Source: Octopus vulgaris (Eukaryota). From it: a stretch of DNA of 64,000 nt. Within the stretch, counting starts at the first letter, position 1, and each line of letters opens with the position of its first letter. Below are positions 59,400 to 64,000 of the stretch, in pieces. The stretch covers positions 54,808,001 to 54,872,000 of the forward strand of contig OX597832.1 in NCBI GenBank assembly GCA_951406725.2, read 5' to 3'. The position numbers were made by a program, and so were the translations under genes. The notes under the pieces are model-generated. The model was not told where the DNA came from. It searched no databases and saw only the letters and a list, made by a program, of their open reading frames with translations.

Positions 59400-60098
59400 T
59401 ATGATGTCTTTGTAATATAAGAACAATGAGTGTGCATTTACACCAATCGTTTCTTGTCATCTGAAGATGGCATCAGTTTGTGACCAAGAAAAGATGTTTC
59501 TGATAAACATGCTTCTGAAATTACTGCTGCTTTCTTTAGAGTACATTTTAGGTCGTCTGATTTCGTATCCGTTACAATGTGTTAGCACAACATACTTAGC
59601 ACAACGTTATCATTTTTAATATACAGGCATTATATCGCCATTCATCTGACTACGCAGATAAATGAAGCTTAGGGTTCCGTTTCTTATTCAATTATATGTA
59701 CTTTATGCAATTCTTCTGATAAGAAATAGCATACAAAGAGTGAAAAGCATTGAGAAGAACAGAACGTAACTGGGACCTGATGAGAGTTACAGAACAGAAA
59801 CACGTGTTTCGTGAAAACTCGGGCGGTACGTGCGCCATTTACGATACACCCAACGGGGAAATCACTTGAATATTTATTGTATATATCTAGTTTGTAAATA
59901 TATAGATGGTGACTTGATTGTTAGTTTTTTACTGAAAATGGTCCTCTACTCAGACTGTGTATCTAGTTTGAATCTTGAAGTAGGCTGTTTGCGACATGGG
60001 TGTATGGAACCTTCGGAAAATAGGATTAATTTAATAGAATATTGCTCGCAAGAAGACATTTATACTGTCTCCATTTAAGCAGTTTTTGCATTAGACAT

Positions 60099-60405
60099 TT
60101 GATGTTTGTTCCTTCTCGAGCCAGGCCTGGTTCATTGGGGCCCGTTTCCCAGTTTCTTTGGCGTATAGGTTCCCCAACTGGACGGGACGCCGGTCCGTCG
60201 CAGGTGAGCTGCAAGATGCAGGAGGAAAGAGTGAGAGAAAATTGTGGCGAAAGAGTCAGCAGAAGTTCGCCATTACCTTCTGCCGGAGCCGCGTGGAGCT
60301 TAGGTGTTTCGCTCATAAACACAAACATCGCCCGGTCAGAGATTCGAACCCGCGGTCCCTCGACCGCGAGTCCGCTACTCTAACCACTAGGCCATGTACC
60401 TCCAC
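60099..60405 (-). mobile_element. SINE C, tail type 2, full length
   Basis: TSD TGCATTAG(A/T)CAT at 60087-60098 and 60406-60417; B box GGGTTCGAATC. Confidence 0.92.
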
Positions 60406-60507
60406 TGCATTAGTCATACACCTACTTTTTTGCAGAAAAAAATGGGACAAAAAAAATCCCCATGTAATGTTTGATAATACACTCATACACTCGGTATCCT
60501 ATCTAAA

Positions 60508-60739
60508 AAGGCGGCGAGCTGGCAGAAACGTTAGCACGCCGGGCGAAATGCTTAGCGGTATTTCGTCTGCGTTACGTTGTGAGTTCAAATTCCGCCGAGG
60601 TCGACTTTGCCTTTCATCCTTTCGGGGTCGATAAATTAAGTACCAGTTACGCACTGGGGTCGATGTAATCGACTTAATACCTATGTATGTCCTTGTTTGT
60701 CCGCTCTGTGTTTAGCCCCTTGTGGGTAATAAAGAAATA
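60508..60739 (+). mobile_element. SINE B, full-length young copy
   Basis: 15-bp TSD GGTATCCTATCTAAA at 60493-60507 and 60740-60754. Confidence 0.95.
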
Positions 60740-60994
60740 GGTATCCTATCTAAAGAAATACGATCAATTGTTAGGCTAAATTTAAGAATTAAACAATGAG
60801 AGTCTTATAAACCCGCATATCCGGTTATAAAATTTAACACGATCAGTGATCATCGTCGGCGTCGTGATCATTATGTATCGTACGGTTGCAGCGTATTGAT
60901 AATACTATAACGAGAGTTTCCCGATTACACGCGAGTTCTTCAGCTACTTTGTCAATCTTGTCCAAAGAGCTCTTCATATTGTCCATCCATACAT

Positions 60995-61150
60995 GAGTGG
61001 CTGTGTGGTAAGTAGCGTGCTTACCAACCACATGGTTTCGGGTTCAGTCCCACTGCGTGGCACATTTGGCAAATATTTCCTACTATAGCCTCGGGCCGAC
61101 CATAGCTGTGTGAATGGATTTGGTAGACGGAAACTGAAAGAAGCCCGTCG
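60995..61150 (+). mobile_element. SINE A 5' half running into a TA microsatellite
   Basis: GAGTGGCTGTGTGGTAAG...GAAAGAAGCCCGTCG. Confidence 0.88.
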
Positions 61151-61168
61151 TATATATATATATATCTG

Positions 61169-61241
<73 letters not shown>

Positions 61242-61248
61242 TTATATA

Positions 61249-61298
<50 letters not shown>

Positions 61299-62137
61299 CA
61301 TACATACACGTTAAAATGTTTAACGATAGATTTGCTAAATAAGAGCCATCGTGGGTTTAAACAATAACAGCAGCTGCAGCAGCAACAGCAGCAGCAATAG
61401 CGACAACAACATCAAGAGTAGCAACAGCAGTAGTAAGGAATTTCGACGATTTTAGTTTCGTTCCATTAACGATTGGAAAGGCGAAACTTTTTTCTTCTGT
61501 GCCTCAAAACAACGAACCTCGTAAGATAAGCAAAGCTGCTCCATATCCGAAACTCCCGTATGTTTTATGACATTTTGGATTGCTATCTGGAAAGTTCCTC
61601 TCCAATGTATTACCCTGGCCATGTTTTATTTTAAAGTACGACCAGCAGATATTCCTACATGAAATTTTCCTACTCTTTGCCATCCATAGTGTTCTGAGGA
61701 AGGTGAAAGATCGAAACAGCTTGGTACCGATGTCGTCGTAAACATGCCGGCTCTTTAACAGCGAAACATACTCACTCCACCAAATGTTTTGTATTTCGCT
61801 CTACAGTAGTTAACCAATAATGGATATCTAACAAATAAGGACAGATTTCAACAAGGATTGTAACCCAATCGTGATGGAACTCACTTATGAAAGGTGAGAG
61901 CCACGGTCGACGCCCAAAGTGGGGGATGTATACAATGAATTTACTGTATCGCTGCTATCCCAGCGTAAATTTGTACTGGTGTTTTGTAGGACAAAACTGT
62001 TGACGAGTCAGCAGGGGTTGGATTTCATGGCTAACAATGTTGTCTCATCGTACGACGTTGGTCGATCTCCCTCATCTCTCTTGCTTTTCTCCCTCTTTAT
62101 TTCTCTCTCTCTTTCTCTCTCTCTATCCATCTATTTT

Positions 62138-62196
<59 letters not shown>

Positions 62197-62250
62197 GCAT
62201 ACATATGCATTTATGTATACATATGTAGATATATACATATGTATGTATAT

Positions 62251-62291
<41 letters not shown>

Positions 62292-62492
62292 TATACATAT
62301 ATATATATGCATATATATACGTATATACATATATAAATATACAATACATATGTGTATGTATATATATATATATGCATACATATACATATATATATATGCA
62401 TATGCATACACACAAACAAAACACACAAACACACACACACACACACACACACATACACACATACACACATATATATATATATATATACACAT

Positions 62493-62550
<58 letters not shown>

Positions 62551-63067
62551 GATGATCATGATGATAGCTTCATCTTGTCAACTGATAGCCGTATCACATT
62601 CCGCTCGATTGTTCTGATTTACTTTCAGCCCTGCATGTTCGCGGTTATGATTGGATATAACACCGCCACGCTGCCATCACCGTAGGAATTTATAAAATAC
62701 AAAAACAGACCAAGAAATGAAATGATAGTGAGACATCTGTAAGTCATTATTGGATTTAGGTGACAAAAGCTTGTATAACACTTTTGCCACTCTCTCTGTC
62801 GCCATGGTAGGTTTCAGTGACAAGAAATGCAAAATGACTCATACTGCGTAGAAATTAAGTTTTATGTCAGAATATCTTTCTGCGAGAAGAGTAGCTGCCT
62901 TCTTCTCCAAAGTATACACTGCATCCGCTAGTGAGGACCCAGCTGGGGGGTTCTGGTGATGTGGAGAGCGTGCAGTCGCTCCTTGAGTACCATTAGTCCT
63001 GGGTCCGTTCTAATCTTGAACGGTAGTGCCCGTCAGGGCCCCACCTATGAGTTAAACATGCTTCACA

Positions 63068-63557
63068 GGGGAATTTGAACTCAGAACGTAGCGGCAGACG
63101 AAATGCCGCTAAGCATTTCGCCCGGCGTGCTAACGTTTCTTATTTCTCTATTGCCCAAAAGGAGCTAAACGTAGAGAGGACAAACAAGGACAGACAAACG
63201 GATTAAGTCGATTATATCGACCCCAGTGCGTAACTGGTACTTTATTTATCGACCCCAAAGGGATGAAAGGCAAAGTCGACCTCGGCGGAATTTGAACTCA
63301 GAACGTAACGGCAGACGAAATATCTCTTTCTTTACTACCCACAAAGTACTAAACACAGAGGGGACAAACAAGGACAGACAAACGAATTAAGTCGATTACA
63401 TCGACCCCAGTGCGTAACTGGTACTTAATTTATCGACCCCGAAAGGATGAAAGGCAAAGTCGACCTCGGCGGAATTTGAACTCAGAACATAACAGCAGAC
63501 AAAATACAGCTACGTATTTCGCCCGGCGTGCTAACGATTCTACCAGCTCACCGCCTT
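63068..63557 (-). mobile_element. Array of three SINE B pieces
   Basis: Pieces at about 63068-63139, 63140-63322 and 63323-63557. Confidence 0.9.
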
Positions 63558-63789
63558 CTATATACTATATACTACTGTCCGCTTAGCTACACTCGCTGTC
63601 AAATCTTGTGGTGGGGTCAACCTTAAACTGATTCCCTCCTTTTCGATAAGTCTGTCGTACTCCTTTAGCTTCTTTTTCTCCATCTTTACCTCTCGAACCT
63701 GTAACATGTCTGGATTAACGAAAGATTTATGAGATGTGAAAAAATAATGATAATGAAAATGGCTTTCTACCCCACCAAAGTAGAAAGTT

Positions 63790-64000
63790 GGGATCTTTTC
63801 GGTTTGAACGGTAGCTTTTAACATAATTTCTAGCTAACTAAAAAATTTTAAACTTCGTATACTGGTAGAATGTGTTTATAAAACATCTTTTTCTCTTGGC
63901 TTTATTGAGAAAATTCTATAGTTTGTAAGATATATGTTGGTTTTTTTTTCTTCAATTTCTGCAATTTGAACCAATCAAAGGCGTCTATTGAGGTAAAAAC
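63790..64000. mobile_element. One arm of a MITE related to 24841-25218 (runs off the window)
   Basis: GATCTTTTC...AATTTCTAG.TAACTAAA...AAACTTCGTATACTGGTAGAATGTGT...TTGAGAAAATT. Confidence 0.82.

Overview
This is a eukaryotic, repeat-saturated, AT-rich window with no recognisable host exon or intact gene. Almost all ORFs in the track are microsatellite or SINE artefacts. The repeat content looks like an octopod cephalopod genome, but that is inference from recalled SINE sequences and was not verified. Contents: (i) about 50 copies of three tRNA-headed SINE families, called A, B and C here; (ii) decayed autonomous elements: mariner DD34D and maT/DD37D transposases, R4/Dong-like and HERO/NeSL-like LINEs, and a Penelope-like GIY-YIG; (iii) three non-autonomous Helitrons and several MITEs; (iv) dense di-, tri- and tetranucleotide microsatellites. 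Two signals stand out. First, there is a set of hammerhead-ribozyme motifs in small, mostly (TA)n-embedded Penelope-like inserts. One is an apparently complete type I hammerhead at 23881-23960, and several inserts carry perfect 34-53 bp fold-back arms; in one case the arm masks the cleavage site. Second, the SINEs are modular: one tRNA head carries four unrelated 3' tails joined at essentially the same breakpoint. Coordinates were counted by hand, so ends of degenerate elements are approximate.
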